The translations under genes and the position numbers were made by a program. Below, piece by piece: positions 38,681 through 58,027 of a DNA stretch of 64,000 nucleotides. The notes below the pieces were generated by a model. It was not told where the DNA came from. It searched no databases and saw only the letters and a program-made list of their open reading frames with translations. The stretch comes from the human T2T-CHM13v2.0 reference genome, Homo sapiens. The stretch's first letter is position 1. Every line of letters begins with the position of its first letter. The DNA lies in the NCBI RefSeq assembly GCF_009914755.1, contig NC_060948.1, one strand, 5' to 3'.

Positions 38681-40781
38681 AGATCCATATTTTGTAAATG
38701 AAAAAAAATTTCAAAGGTACTCTGCTTGGTACAATAATCAAATGTATAAACTGAGGAATAAAACATAACCATGAAACCTACTTATAACTGCATATGGAAA
38801 ATACAGAGGATAATTTTTTAAATAACATATTTTGAAAGCCTTAACTAGTAATTTGAAGAGTTGGCATTTGAAAGGCCAGTATGAATATACCTTCAAAGCA
38901 GCAACACAGGTTCCCCATGAGGAAAAGCAAACTCAGGGAAAATAAAACCACAAAGGTTCAATCTCTTCTGACCTTTGAAAGACACAGCACAGACAGTGGT
39001 CCTTAGGACGAAGAGCAGGAGACCCCTAATTCCGTCACCATGGCGATAGGGCATAAACACTGCTGGGTGAGGGCACAATCCACATTGTGAGGTCCAACTG
39101 CTGCCAGGAAGACAGGAGTGCTTTTACAGAGACCGAAAGGTCATTGAAGGCTCAGAGTTTTGTTTCAAGAACTGAATCCCAAGCCCACACGTTATTAGGC
39201 TGCGCTTCTTAAAACAAGTTATGAGATGGGAAAAAGGGCACCCACAAACATACGTATACATTATGTATATAATAATATACAGTATCATATATATAATATA
39301 TATAACCTATGTATAATATTGTTTTACATCCTGCATCTTATATTATATATATTGTGTAAAATATAATAATTGATAATATATAAGTTTTATATTTATACAA
39401 TATGACATATAGTATATATTATAATTTATGACATATATAATATATGTTACATATCATATATAGAAAATATTATACGGTTAATATACGTATTAAATATAAA
39501 TTATACATTATATATATTATATATAATATATCTGCTATATATAATACCCATTATGCATAATATATATATTATGTCTATGTTATGTATAGTATAAAACAAC
39601 ATATAATAATATATAATTGTATATATAAAATGCGACATATAATATATATTATATTTTATGACATCTGTAATATATATTATATATTATATATAATACGTTG
39701 TATGTATAATACCTATATTAAATATATATTATATGACTATGTTATTAATTACATGTCACATATGTTATATATTATATATTTTACAAAGAATATACCGGTT
39801 ACATACATTATATACTATGTTACCTATAATGTATAATTTATTACATGTAAAATAAAGAATGCAATATATTATGTGTAATTTATAATATACAATATGTGGA
39901 ATGTGATATATATAACATATAATATATGATATATGATATACAGTATATGATATATAACATACAATATATGATACCTAATATATATGGTATACAATATATA
40001 TTTTATGACATGTATTCTATATGTTTTATATTCTGTTATATATAACTATTTGAAATTATATATAACTGTATAATATTTTATGTAAATATGTAATATAATA
40101 TATATAACTATATAATATATTATATATAACTATATATTATGTTATATATACTTTTATAACTTTATTTACATAAAATATCATAGTATAATATATATTATAT
40201 TACTTCATATTACATAATATATATTACATATCACCCAATATAAGTAACATACATAATATTATAATATACATTATATTATGTTATATTAAATATCATATAT
40301 ATCATGTATCATATATTCTATAATATATATTATACATTATATAATATGCATGTTGTCTATTATGTGATATATATAACTATATATATAATTATATTATTAT
40401 ACATATATCTAGATAAACATGTAATTCTACATATTTTCATTTATAATATATAGAATTACATAATCATATATAATTATATTCTATAAAAAATTATATCATT
40501 ATATAAATTATAATATATAAAAATTATAATATGTACTACAAATATATATATTATATATCATATATGATATAGTACCTTTGTTATATATCATAATACATAT
40601 AAATGTGTATTATGTTATCTATAATTATATAATTTCATATATAAGATGTATAATATTTATTATATATTATAAATGTTATGTAATATATATAGTATATATA
40701 AGATGACACAGGATAAATATTATATACTATGACATATAAAATATATGAGGTTATATGTTACATATAAGGCATAGCACATAA

Positions 40782-41096
<315 letters not shown>

Positions 41097-43220
41097 AGAT
41101 CCATATTTTTTAAATGAAAAAAAATTTCAAAGGTACTCTGCTTGGTACAATAATCAAATGTATAAACTGAGGAATAAAACATAACCATGAAACCTACTTA
41201 TAACTGCATATGGAAAATACAGAGGATAATTTTTTAAATAACATATTTTGAAAGCCTTAACTAGTAATTTGAAGAGTTGGCATTTGAAAGGCCAGTATGA
41301 ATATACCTTCAAAGCAGCAACACAGGTTCCCCATGAGAAAAAGCAAACTCAGGGAAAATAAAACCACAAAGGTTCAATCTCTTCTGACCTTTGAAAGACA
41401 CAGCACAGACAGTGGTCCTTAGGACGAAGAGCAGGAGACCCCTAATTCCGTCACCATGGCGATAGGGCATAAACACTGCTGGGTGAGGGCACAATCCACA
41501 TTGTGAGGTCCAACTGCTGCCAGGAAGACAGGAGTGCTTTTACATAGACCGAAAGGTCATTGAAGGCTCAGAGTTTTGTTTCAAGAACTGAATCCCAAGC
41601 CCACACGTTATTAGGCTGCGCTTCTTAAAACAAGTTATGAGATGGGAAAAAGGGCACCCACAAACATACGTATACATTATGTATATAATCATATACAGTA
41701 TCATATATATAATATATATAACCTATGTATAATATTGTTTTACATCCTGCATCTTATATTATATATATTGTATAAAATATAATAATTGATAATATATAAG
41801 TTTTATATTTATACAATATGACATATAGTATATATTATAATTTATGACATATATAATATATGTTATATATCATATATAGAATATATTATACGGTTAATAT
41901 AAGTATTAAATATAAATTATACATTATATATATTATATATAATATATCTGCTATATATAATACCCATTATGCATAATATATATATTATGTCTATGTTATG
42001 TATAGTATAAAACAACATATAATAATATATAATTGTGTATATAAAATGCGACATATAATATATATTATATTTTATGACATCTGTAATATATATTATATAT
42101 TATATATAATACGTTGTATGTATAATACCTATATTAAATATATATTATATGACTATGTTTTTAATTACATGTCACATATGTTATATATTATATATTTTAC
42201 ATAGAATATACCGGTTACATACAATATATACTATGTTACCTATAATGTATAATTTATTACATGTAAAATAAAGAATGCAATATATTATGTGTAATTTATA
42301 ATATACAATATGTGGAATGTGATATATATAACATATAATATATGATATATGATATACAGTATATGATATATAACATACAATATATGATACCTAATATATA
42401 TGGTATACAATATATATTTTATGATATGTATTCTATATGTTTTATATTCTGTTATATATAACTATTTGAAATTATATATAACTGTATAATATTTTATGTA
42501 AATATGTAACATAATATATATAACTATATAATATATTATATATAACTATATATTATGTTATATATACTTTTATAACTTTATTTACATAAAATATCATAGT
42601 ATAATATATATTATATTACTTCATATTACATAATATATATTACATATCACCCAATATAAGTAACATACATAATATTATAATATACATTATATTATGTTAT
42701 ATTAAATATCATATATATCATGTATCATATATTCTATAATATATATTACACATTATATAATATGCATGTTGTCTATTATGTGATATATATAACTATATAT
42801 ATAATTATATTATTATACATATATCTAGATAAACATGTAATTCTACATATTTTCATTTATAATATATAGAATTACATAATCATATATAATTATATTCTAT
42901 AAAAAATTATATCATTATATAAATTATAATATATAAAAATTATAATATGTACTACAAATATATATATTATATATCATATATGATATAGTACCTTTGTTAT
43001 ATATCATAATACATATAAATGTGTATTATGTTATCTATAATTATATAATTTGATATATAAGATGTATAATATTTATTATATATTATAAATGTTATGTAAT
43101 ATATATAGTATATATAAGATGACACAGGATAAATATTATATACTATGACATATAAAATATATGAGGTTATATGTTAAATATAAGGCATAGCACATAACAT
43201 GTAATATATATCATCTTTAA

Positions 43221-43512
<292 letters not shown>

Positions 43513-45617
43513 AGATTCATATTTTGTAAATGAAAAAAAATTTCAAAGGTACTCTGCTTGGTACAATAATCAAATGTATAAACTGAGGAATAAAACATAA
43601 CCATGAAACCTACTTATAACTGCATATGGAAAATACAGAGGATAATTTTTTAAATAACATATTTTGAAAGCCTTAACTAGTAATTTGAAGAGTTGGCATA
43701 TGAAAGGCCAGTATGAATATACCTTCAAAGCAGCAACACAGGTTCCCCATGAGAAAAAGCAAACTCAGGGAAAATAAAACCACAAAGGTTCAATCTCTTC
43801 TGACCTTTGAAAGACACAGCACAGACAGTGGTCCTTAGGACGAAGAGCAGGAGACCCCTAATTCCGTCACCATGGCGATAGGGAATAAACACTGCTGGGT
43901 GAGGGCACAATCCACATTGTGAGGTCCAACTGCTGCCAGGAAGACAGGAGTGCTTTTACATAGACCGAAAGGTCATTGAAGGCTCAGAGTTTTGTTTCAA
44001 GAACTGAATCCCAAGCCCACACGTTATTAGGCTGCGCTTCTTAAAACAAGTTATGAGATGGGAAAAAGGGCACCCACAAACATACGTATACATTATGTAT
44101 ATAATAATATACAGTATCATATATATAATATATATAACCTATGTATAATATTGTTTTACATCCTGCATCTTATATTATATATATTGTGTAAAATATAATA
44201 ATTGATAATATATAAGTTTTATATTTATACAATATGACATATAGTATATATTATAATTTATGACATATATAATATATGTTATATATCATATATAGAATAT
44301 ATTATACGGTTAATATACGTATTAAATATAAATTATACATTATATATATTATATATAATATATCTGCTATATATAATACCCATTATGCATAATATATATA
44401 TTATGTCTATGTTATGTATAGTATAAAACAACATATAATAATATATATTTGTATATATAAAATGCGACATATAATATATATTATATTTTATGACATCTGT
44501 AATATATATTATATATTATATATAATACGTTGTATGTATAATAGCTATATTAAATATATATTATATGACTATGTTATTAATTACATGTCACATATGTTAT
44601 ATATTATATATTATACATAGAATATACCGGTTATATACAATATATACTATGTTACCTATAATGTATAATTTATTACATGTAAAATAAAGAATGCAATATA
44701 TTATGTGTAATTTATAATATACAATATGTGGAATGTGATATATATAACATATAATATATGATATATGATATACAGTATATGATATATAACATACAATATA
44801 TGATACCTAATATATATGGTATACAATATATATTTTATGATATGTATTCTATATGTTTTATATTCTGTTATATATAACTGTTTGAAATTATATATAACTG
44901 TATAATATTTTATGTAAATATGTAATATAATATATATAACTATATAATATATTATATATAACTATATATTATGTTATATATACTTTTATAACTTTATTTA
45001 CATAAAATATCATAGTATAATATATATTATATTACTTCATATTACATAATATATATTACATATCACCCAATATAAGTAACATACATAATATTATAATATA
45101 GATTATATTATGTTATATTAAATATCATATATATCATGTATCATATATTCTATAATATGTATTATACATTATATAATATGCATGTTGTCTATTATGTGAT
45201 ATATATAACTATATATATAATTATATTATTATACATATATCTAGATAAACATGTAATTCTACATATTTTCATTTATAATATATAGAATTACATAATCATA
45301 TATAATTATTTATATTCTATAAAAAATTATATCATTATATAAATTATAATATATAAAAATTATAATATGTACTACAAATATATATATTATATATCATATA
45401 TGATATAGTACCTTTGTTATATATCATAATACATATAAATGTGTATTATGTTATCTATAATTATATAATTTCGTATATAAGATGTATAATATTTATTATA
45501 TATTATATATGTTATGTAATATATATAGTATATATAAGATGACACAGGATAAATATTATATACTATGACATATAAGATATATGAGGTTATATGTTACATA
45601 TAAGGCATAGCACATAA

Positions 45618-45932
<315 letters not shown>

Positions 45933-48033
45933 AGATCCAGATTTTTTAAATGAAAAAAAATTTCAAAGGTACTCTGCTTGGTACAATAATCAAATGTATA
46001 AACTGAGGAATAAAACATAACCATGAAACCTACTTATAACTGCATATGGAAAATACAGAGGATAATTATTTAAATAACATATTTTGAAAGCCTTAACTAG
46101 TAATTTGAAGAGTTGGCATTTGAAAGGCCAGTATGAATATACCTTCAAAGGAGCAACACAGGTTCCCCATGAGAAAAAGCAAACTCAGGGAAAATAAAAC
46201 CACAAAGGTTCAATCTCTTCTGACCTTTGAAAGACACAGCACAGACAGTGGTCCTTAGGACGAAGAGCAGGAGACCCCTAATTCCGTCACCGTGGCGATA
46301 GGGCATAAACACTGCTGGGTGAGGGCACAATCCACATTGTGAGGTCCAACTGCTGCCAGGAAGACAGGAGTGCTTTTACATAGACCGAAAGGTCATTGAA
46401 GGCTCAGAGTTTTGTTTCAAGAACTGAATCCCAAGCCCACACGTTATTAGGCTGCGCTTCTTAAAACAAGTTATGAGATGGGAAAAAGGGCACCCACAAA
46501 CATACGTATACATTATGTATATAATAATATACAGTATCATATATATAATATATATAACCTATGTATAATATTGTTTTACATCCTGCATCTTATATTATAT
46601 ATATTGTATAAAATATAATAATTGATAATATATAAGTTTTATATTTATACAATATGACATATAGTGTATATTATAATTTATGACATATATAATATATGTT
46701 ATATATCATATATTGAATATATTATACGGTTAATATACGTATTAAATATAAATTATACATTATATGTATTATATATAATATATCTGCTATATATAATACC
46801 CATTATGCATAATATATATATTATGTCTATGTTATATATAGTATAAAACAACATATAATAATATATAATTGTATATATAAAATGTGACATATAATATATA
46901 TTATATTTTATGACATAGGTAATATATATTATATATTATATAGAATACGTTGTATGTATAATACCTATATTAAATATATATTATATGACTATGTTATTAA
47001 TTACATGTCACATATGTTATATATTATATATTTTACATAGAATGTACCGGTTACATACAATATATAGTATGTTACCTGTAATGTATAATTTATTACATGT
47101 AAAATAAAGAATGCAATATATTATGTATAATTTATAATATACAATATGTGGAATGTGATATATATAACATATAATATATGATATATGATATACAGTATAT
47201 GATATATAACATAGAATATATGATACATAATATATATGGTATACAATATATATTTTATGATATGTATTCTATATGTTTTATATTCTGTTATATATAACTA
47301 TTTGAAATTATATATAACTGTATAATATTTTATGTAAATATGTAATATAATATATAACTATGTAATATATTATATATAGCTATATATTATGTTATATATA
47401 CTTGTATAACATAATTTTCATAAAATATCATAATATAATATATATTATATTATTTCATATTACATAATATATATTACATATCACCCAATATAAGTAACAT
47501 ACATAATATTATAATATAGATTATATTATGTTATATTAAATATCATATATATCATGTATCATATATTCTATAATATATATTATACATTATATAATATGTA
47601 TGTTGTCTATTATGTGATATATATAACTATATATATAATTATATTATTATACATATAACTAGATAAACATGTAATTCTACATATTTTCATTTATAATATA
47701 TAGAATAATATAATCATATATAATTATTTATATTCTATAAAAAATTATAGCTTTATATAAATTATAATATATAAAAATTATAATATGTACTACAAATATA
47801 TATAGTATATCATATATGATATAGTACCTTTGTTATATATGATAATACATATAAATGTGTATTATGTTATCTATAATTATATAATTTCATATATAAGATG
47901 TATAATATTTATTATATATTATATATGTTATGTAATATATATAGTATATATAAGATGACACAGGATAAATATTATATACTATGACATATAAAATATATGA
48001 GGTTATATGTTACATATAAGGCATAACACATAA

Positions 48034-48348
<315 letters not shown>

Positions 48349-50453
48349 AGATCCATGTTTTGTAAATGAAAAAAAATTTCAAAGGTACTCTGCTTGGTAC
48401 AATAATCAAATGTATAAACTGAGGAATAAAACATAACCATGAAACCTACTTATAACTGCATATGGAAAATACAGAGGATAATTTTTTAAATAACATATTT
48501 TGAAAGCCTTAACTAGTAATTTGAAGAGTTGGCATTTGAAAGGCCAGTATGAATATACCTTCAAAGCAGCAACACAGGTTCCCCATGAGAAAAAGCAAAC
48601 TCAGGGAAAATAAAACCACAAAGGTTCAATCTCTTCTGACCTTTGAAAGACACAGCACAGACAGTGGTCCTTAGGACGAAGAGCAGGAGACCCCTAATTC
48701 CGTCACCATGGCGATAGGGAATAAACACTGCTGGGTGAGGGCACAATCCACATTGTGAGGTCCAACTGCTGCCAGGAAGACAGGAGTGCTTTTACAGAGA
48801 CCGAAAGGTCATTGAAGGCTCAGAGTTTTGTTTCAAGAACTGAATCCCAAGCCCACACGTTATTAGGCTGCGCTTCTTAAAACAAGTTATGAGATGGGAA
48901 AAAGGGCACCCACAAACATACGTATACATTATGTATATAATAATATACAGTATCATATATATAATATATATAACCTATGTATAATATTGTTTTACATCCT
49001 GCATCTTATATTATATATATTGTGTAAAATATAATAATTGATAATATATAAGTTTTATATTTATACAATATGACATATAGTATATATTATAATTTATGAC
49101 ATATATAATATATGTTACATATCATATATAGAAAATATTATACGGTTAATATACGTATTAAATATAAATTATACATTATATATATTATATATAATATATC
49201 TGCTATATATAATACCCATTATGCATAATATATATATTATGTCTATGTTATGTATAGTATAAAACAACACATAATAATATATAATTGTATGTATAAAATG
49301 CGACATATAATAGATACTATATTTTATGACATATTTAATATATATTATATATTATATATAATACGTTGTATGTATAATACCTATATTAAATATATATTAT
49401 ATGACTATGTTATTAATTACATGTCACATATGTTATATATTATATATTTTACATAGAATATACCGGTTACTTACAATATATACTATGTTACCTATAATGT
49501 ATAATTTATTACATGTAAAATAAAGAATGCCATATATTATGTATAATTTATAATATACAATATGTGGAATGTGATATATATAACATATAATATATGATAT
49601 ATGATATACAGTATATGATATATAACATACAATATATGATACCTAATATATATGGTATACAATATATATTTTATGATATGTATTCTATATGTTTTATATT
49701 CTGTTATATATAACTATTTGAAATTATATATAACTGTATAATATTTTATGTAAATATGTAATATAATATATATAACTATATAGTATATTATATATAACTA
49801 TATATTTTGTTATATATACTTTTATAACATAATTTACTTAAAATATCATAATATAATATATATTATATTATTTCATATTACATAATATATATTACATATC
49901 ACCCAATATAAGTAACATACATAAGATTATAATATAGATTATATTATGTTATATTAAATATCATATATATTATGTATCATATATTCTATAATATATATTA
50001 TACAATATATAATATGTATGTTGTCTATTATGTGATATATATGACTAAATATATAATTATATTATTATACATATAACTAGATAAACATGTAATTCTACAT
50101 ATTTTCATTTATAATATATAGAATTATATAATCATATATAATTATTTATATTCTATAAAAAATTATATCATTATATAAATTATAATATATAAAAATTATA
50201 TTATGTACTACAAACTGATATATTATATATCATATATGATACAGTACCTTTGTTATACATCATATAACATATAAATGTGTATTATGTCATCAATAATTAT
50301 ATAATTACATACATAAGATGTATAATATGTATTATATATTATATATGTTATGTAATATATATAGTATATATAAGCTGACACAGCATAAATATTATATACT
50401 ATGACATATAAAATATATGAGGTTATATGTTACATATAAGGCATAGCACATAA

Positions 50454-50768
<315 letters not shown>

Positions 50769-52896
50769 AGATCCATATTTTTTAAATGAAAAAAAATTTC
50801 AAAGGTACTCTGCTTGGTACAATAATCAAATGTATAAACTGAGGAATAAAACATAACCATGAATCCTACTTATAACTGCATACGAAAAATGCAGAGGATA
50901 ATTTTTCAAATAACATATTTTGAAAGCCTTAACTAGTAATTTGAAGAGTTGGCATTTGAAAGGCCAGTATGAATATACCTTCAAAGCAGCAACACAGGTT
51001 CCCCATGAGAAAAAGCAAACTCAGGGAAAATAAAACCACAAAGGTTCAATCTCTTCTGACCTTTGAAAGACACAGCACAGACAGTGGTCCTTAGGACGAA
51101 GAGCAGGAGACCCCTAATTCCGTCACCATGGCGATAGGGCATAAACATTGCTGGGTGAGGGCACAATCCACATTGTGAGGTCCAACTGCTGCCAGGAAGA
51201 CAGGAGTGCTTTTACATAGACCGAAAGGTCATTGAAGGCTCAGAGTTTTGTTTCAAGAACTGAATCCCAAGCCCACACGTTATTAGGCTGCGCTTCTTAA
51301 AACAAGTTATGAGATGGGAAAAAGGGCACCCACAAACATACGTATACATTATGTATATAATAATATACAGTATCATATATATAATATATATAACCTATGT
51401 ATAATATTGTTTTACATCCTGCATCTTATCTTATATATATTGTATAAAATATAATAATTGATAATATATAAGTTTTATATTTATACAATATGACATATAG
51501 TATATATTATAATTTATGACATATATAATATATGTTATATATCATATATAGAATATATTATACGGTTAATATACGTAATAAATATAAATTATACATTATA
51601 TATATTATATATATTATATCTGCTATATATAATACCCATTATGCATAATATATATATTATGTCTATGTTATATATAGTATAAAACAACATATAATAATAT
51701 ATAATTTTATATATAAAATACGACATATAATATATATTATATTTTATGACATATGTAATATATATTATATATTATATGTAATACGTTGTATGTATAATAC
51801 CTATATTAAATATATATTATATGACTATGTTATTAATTACATGTCACATGTGTTATATATTATTTATTTTACACAGAATATACCGGTTACATACAATATA
51901 TACTATGTTACCTACAATGTATAATTTATTACATGTAAAATAAAGAATGCAATATATTATGTATAATTTATGAAATACAATATGTGGAATGTGATATATA
52001 TAACATATAATATATGATATAGGATATACAGTATATGATATATAACATACAATATATGATACCTAATATATATGGTATACAATATATATTTTATGATATG
52101 TATTCTCTATGTTTTATATTCTGTTATATATAACTATTTGAAATTATATATAACTGTATAATATTTTATGTAAATATGTAATTTAATATATATAAAAATA
52201 TCGTATATTATATATAACTATATATTATGTTATATATAATTTTATAACATAATTTACATAAAATATCATAATATAATATATATTATATTATTTCTTACTA
52301 CATAATATATATTACATATCTCCCAATATACGTAACATACATAATATTATAATATAGATTATATTATGTTATATTAAATATCATATATATCATGTATCAT
52401 ATATTCTATAATATATATTATACATTATATAATATGTATGTTGTCTATTATGTGATATATATAACTATATATATAATTATATTATTATACATATAACTAG
52501 ATAAACATGTAATTCTACATATTTTCATTTATAATATATACAATTATATAATCATATATAATTATTTATATTCTATAAAAAATTATATCATCATATAAAT
52601 TATAATATGTAAAAGTTATAATATGTATTACAAATATATATATTATATATCATATATGATATAGTACCTTTGTTATATATCATAATACATATAAATGTGT
52701 ATTATGTTATCTATAATTATATAATTTCATATATAAGATGTATAATATGTATTATATATTATATATGTTATGTAATATATATAGTATATATAAGCTGACA
52801 CAGGATAAATATTATGTACTATGACATATAAAATATATGAGGTTATATGTTACATATAAGGCATAGCACATAACATGTAATATATATCATATATAA

Positions 52897-53188
<292 letters not shown>

Positions 53189-55316
53189 AGATCCATATTT
53201 TTTAAATGAAAAAAAATTTCAAAGGTACTCTGCTTGGTACAATAATCAAATGTATAAACTGAGGAATAAAACATAACCATGAAACCTACTTATAACTGCA
53301 TATGGAAAATACAGAGGATAATTTTTTAAATAACATAGTTTGAAAGCCTTAACTAGTAATTTGAAGAGTTGGCATTTGAAAGGCCAGTATGAATATACCT
53401 TCAAAGCAGCAACACAGGTTCCCCATGAGAAAAAGCAAACTCAGGGAAAATAAAACCACAAAGGTTCAATCTCTTCTGACCTTTGAAAGACACAGCACAG
53501 ACAGTGGTCCTTAGGACGAAGAGCAGGAGACCCCTAATTCCGTCACCATGGCGATAGGGCATAAACATTGCTGGGTGAGGGCACAATCCACATTGTGAGG
53601 TCCAACTGCTGCCAGGAAGACAGGAGTGCTTTTACATAGACCGAAAGGTCATTGAAGGCTCAGAGTTTTGTTTCAAGAACTGAATCCCAAGCCCACACGT
53701 TATTAGGCTGCGCTTCTTAAAACAAGTTATGAGATGGGAAAAAGGGCACCCACAAACATACGTATACATTATGTATATAATAATATACAGTATCATATAT
53801 ATAATATATATAACCTATGTATAATATTGTTTTACATCCTGCATCTTATCTTATATATATTGTATAAAATATAATAATTGATAATATATAAGTTTTATAT
53901 TTATACAATATGACATATAGTATATATTATAATTTATGACATATATAATATATGTTATATATCATATAAAGAATATATTATACGGTTAATATACGTAATA
54001 AATTTAAATTATACATTATATATATTATATATAATATATCTGCTATATAAAATACCCATTATGCATAATATATATATTATGTCTATGTTATATATAGTAT
54101 AAAACAACATATAATAATATATAATTGTATATATAAAATGCGACATGTAATATATATTATATTTTATGACATATATAATATATATTATATATTATATGTA
54201 ATACGTTGTATGTATAATACATATATTAAATATATATTATATGACTATGTTATTAATTACATGTCACATGTGTTATATATTATTTATTTTACACAGAATA
54301 TACCGGTTATATACAATATATACTATGTTACCTACAATGTATATTTTATTACATGTAAAATAAAGAATGCAATATATTATGTATAATTTATAAAATACAA
54401 TATGTGGAATGTGATATATATAACATATAATATATGATATAGGATATACAGTATATGATATATAACATACAATATATGATACCTAATATATATGGTATAC
54501 AATATATATTTTATGACATGTATTCTCTATGTTTTATATTCTGTTATATATAACTATTTGAAATTATATATAACTGTATAATATTTTATGTAAATATGTA
54601 ATATAATATATATAAAAATATAATATATTATATATAACTATATATTATGTTATATATAATTTTATAACATAATTTACATAAAATATCATAATATAATATA
54701 TATTATATTATTTCATACTACATAATATATATTACATATCTCCCAATATAAGTAACATACATAATATTATAATATAGATTATATTATGTTATATTAAATA
54801 TCATATATATCATGTATCATATATTCTATAATATATATTATACATTATATAATATGTATGTTGTCTATTATGTGATACATATAACTATATATATAATTAT
54901 ATTATTATACATATAACTAGATAAACATGTAATTCTACATATTTTCATTTATAATATATAGAATTATATAATCATATATAATTATTTATATTCTATAAAA
55001 AATTATATCATCATATAAATTATAATATATAAAAATTATAATATGTACTACAAATATATATATTATATATCATATATGATATAGTACCTTTGTTATATAT
55101 CATAATACATATAAATGTGTATTATGTTATCTATAATTATATAATTTCATATATAAGATGTATAATATGTATTATATATTATATATGTTATGTAATATAT
55201 ATAGTATATATAAGATGACACAGGATAAATATTATATACTATGACATATAAAATATATGAGGTTATATGTTACATATAAGGCATAGCACATAACATGTAA
55301 TATATATCATCTATAA

Positions 55317-55608
<292 letters not shown>

Positions 55609-57735
55609 AGATCCATATTTTTTAAATGAAAAAAAATTTCAAAGGTACTCTGCTTGGTACAATAATCAAATGTATAAACTGAGGAATAAAACATAACCAT
55701 GAAACCTACTTATAACTGCATATGGAAAATACAGAGGATAATTTTTTAAATAACATAGTTTGAAAGCCTTAACTAGTAATTTGAAGAGTTGGCATTTGAA
55801 AGGCCAGTATGAATATACCTTCAAAGCAGCAACACAGGTTCCCCATGAGAAAAAGCAAACTCAGGGAAAATAAAAGCACAAAGGTTCAATCTCTTCTGAC
55901 CTTTGAAAGACACAGCACAGACAGTGGTCCTTAGGACGAAGAGCAGGAGAACCCTAATTCCGTCACCATGGCGATAGGGCATAAACATTGCTGGGTGAGG
56001 GCACAATCCACATTGTGAGGTCCAACTGCTGCCAGGAAGACAGGAGTGCTTTTACATAGACAGAAAGGTCATTGAAGGCTCAGAGTTTTGTTTCAAGAAC
56101 TGAATCCCAAGCCCAAACGTTATTAGGCTGCGCTTCTTAAAACAAGTTATGAGATGGGAAAAAGGGCACCCACAAAAATACGTATACATTATGTATATAA
56201 TAATATACAGTATCATATATATAATATATATAACCCATGTATAATATTGTTTTACATCCTGCATCTTATATTATATATATTTTATAAAATATAATAATTG
56301 ATAATATATAAGTTTTATATTTATACAATATGACATATAGTATATATTATAATTTATGACATATATAATATATGTTATATATCATATATAGAATATATTA
56401 TACGGTTAATATACGTATTAAATACAAATTATACATTATATATATTATATATAATATATCTGCTATATATAATAACCATTATGCATAATATATATATTAT
56501 GTCTATGTTATATATAGTATAAAACAACATATAATAATATATAATTGTATATATAAAATGCAACATATAATATATATTATATTTTATGACATATGTAATA
56601 TATATTATATATTATATATAATACGTTGTATGTATAATACCTATATTAAATATATATTATATGACTATGTTATTAATTACATGTCACATGTGTTATATAT
56701 TATTTATTTTACACAGAATATACCGGTTACATACAATATATACTATGTTACCTACAATGTATAATTTATTACATGTAAAATAAAGAATGCAATATATTAT
56801 GTATAATTTATAATATACAATATGTGGAATGTGATATACATAACATATAATATATGATATAGGATATAGAGTATATGATATATAACATACAATATATGAT
56901 ACCTAATATATATGGTATACAATATATATTTTATGATATGTATTCTCTATGTTTTATATTCTGTTATATATAACTATTTGAAATTATATATAACTGTATA
57001 ATATTTTATGTAAATATGTAATATAATATATATAAAAATATAATATATTATATATAACTATATATAATGTTATATATACTTTTATAACATAATTTACATA
57101 AAATATCATGATATAATATATATTATATTATTTCATATTACATAATATATATTACATATCACCCAATATAAGTAACATACATAATATTATAATATAGATT
57201 TTATTATGTTATATTAAGTATCATATATGTCATGTATCATATATTCTATAATATATATTATACATTATATAATATGTATGTTGTCTATTATGTGATATAT
57301 ATAACTATATATATAATTATATTATTATACATATAACTAGATAAACATGAAATTCTACATATTTTCATTTATAATATATAGAATTATATAATCATATATA
57401 ATTATTTATATTCTATAAAAATTATATCATTATATAAATTATAATATATAAAAATTATAATATGTACTACAAATATATATATTATATATCATATATGATA
57501 TAGTACCTTTGTTATATATCATAATACATATAAATGTGTATTATGTCATCTATAATTATATAATTTCATATATAAGATGTATAATATGTATTATATATTA
57601 TATATGTTATGTAATATATATAGTATATATAAGATGACACAGGATAAATATTATATACTATGACATGTAAAATATATGAGGTTATATGTTACATATAAGG
57701 CATAGCACATAACATGTAATATATATCATATATAA

Positions 57736-58027
57736 TTTTTTTTTAGACAGAGTCTTGTCCTGTTGCACAGGGTGGAGTACAATGGCGCCATCTTTCCTCA
57801 CTGCAACATCTGCCTCACGGGTCCAAGCGATTGTCCACCCTCAGCCTCCCAGGTAGCTGAGACTGCACCACACTGGGACTACACCAGCTGCCACCATGCC
57901 TAGCTAATTTTTTAGATTTTTAGTAGTGACAGCGTTTCACTGTATTGGCCAGGATGGTCTTGATCTCTTCACCGTGTGATCCCCTTGCCTTGGCCTCCAA
58001 ATTTGCTGGGATTACAGGCCTGAGCCA
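57736..58027 (-). mobile_element. Diverged Alu, copy 24
   Basis: Same Alu, type B, several private substitutions. Confidence 0.93.
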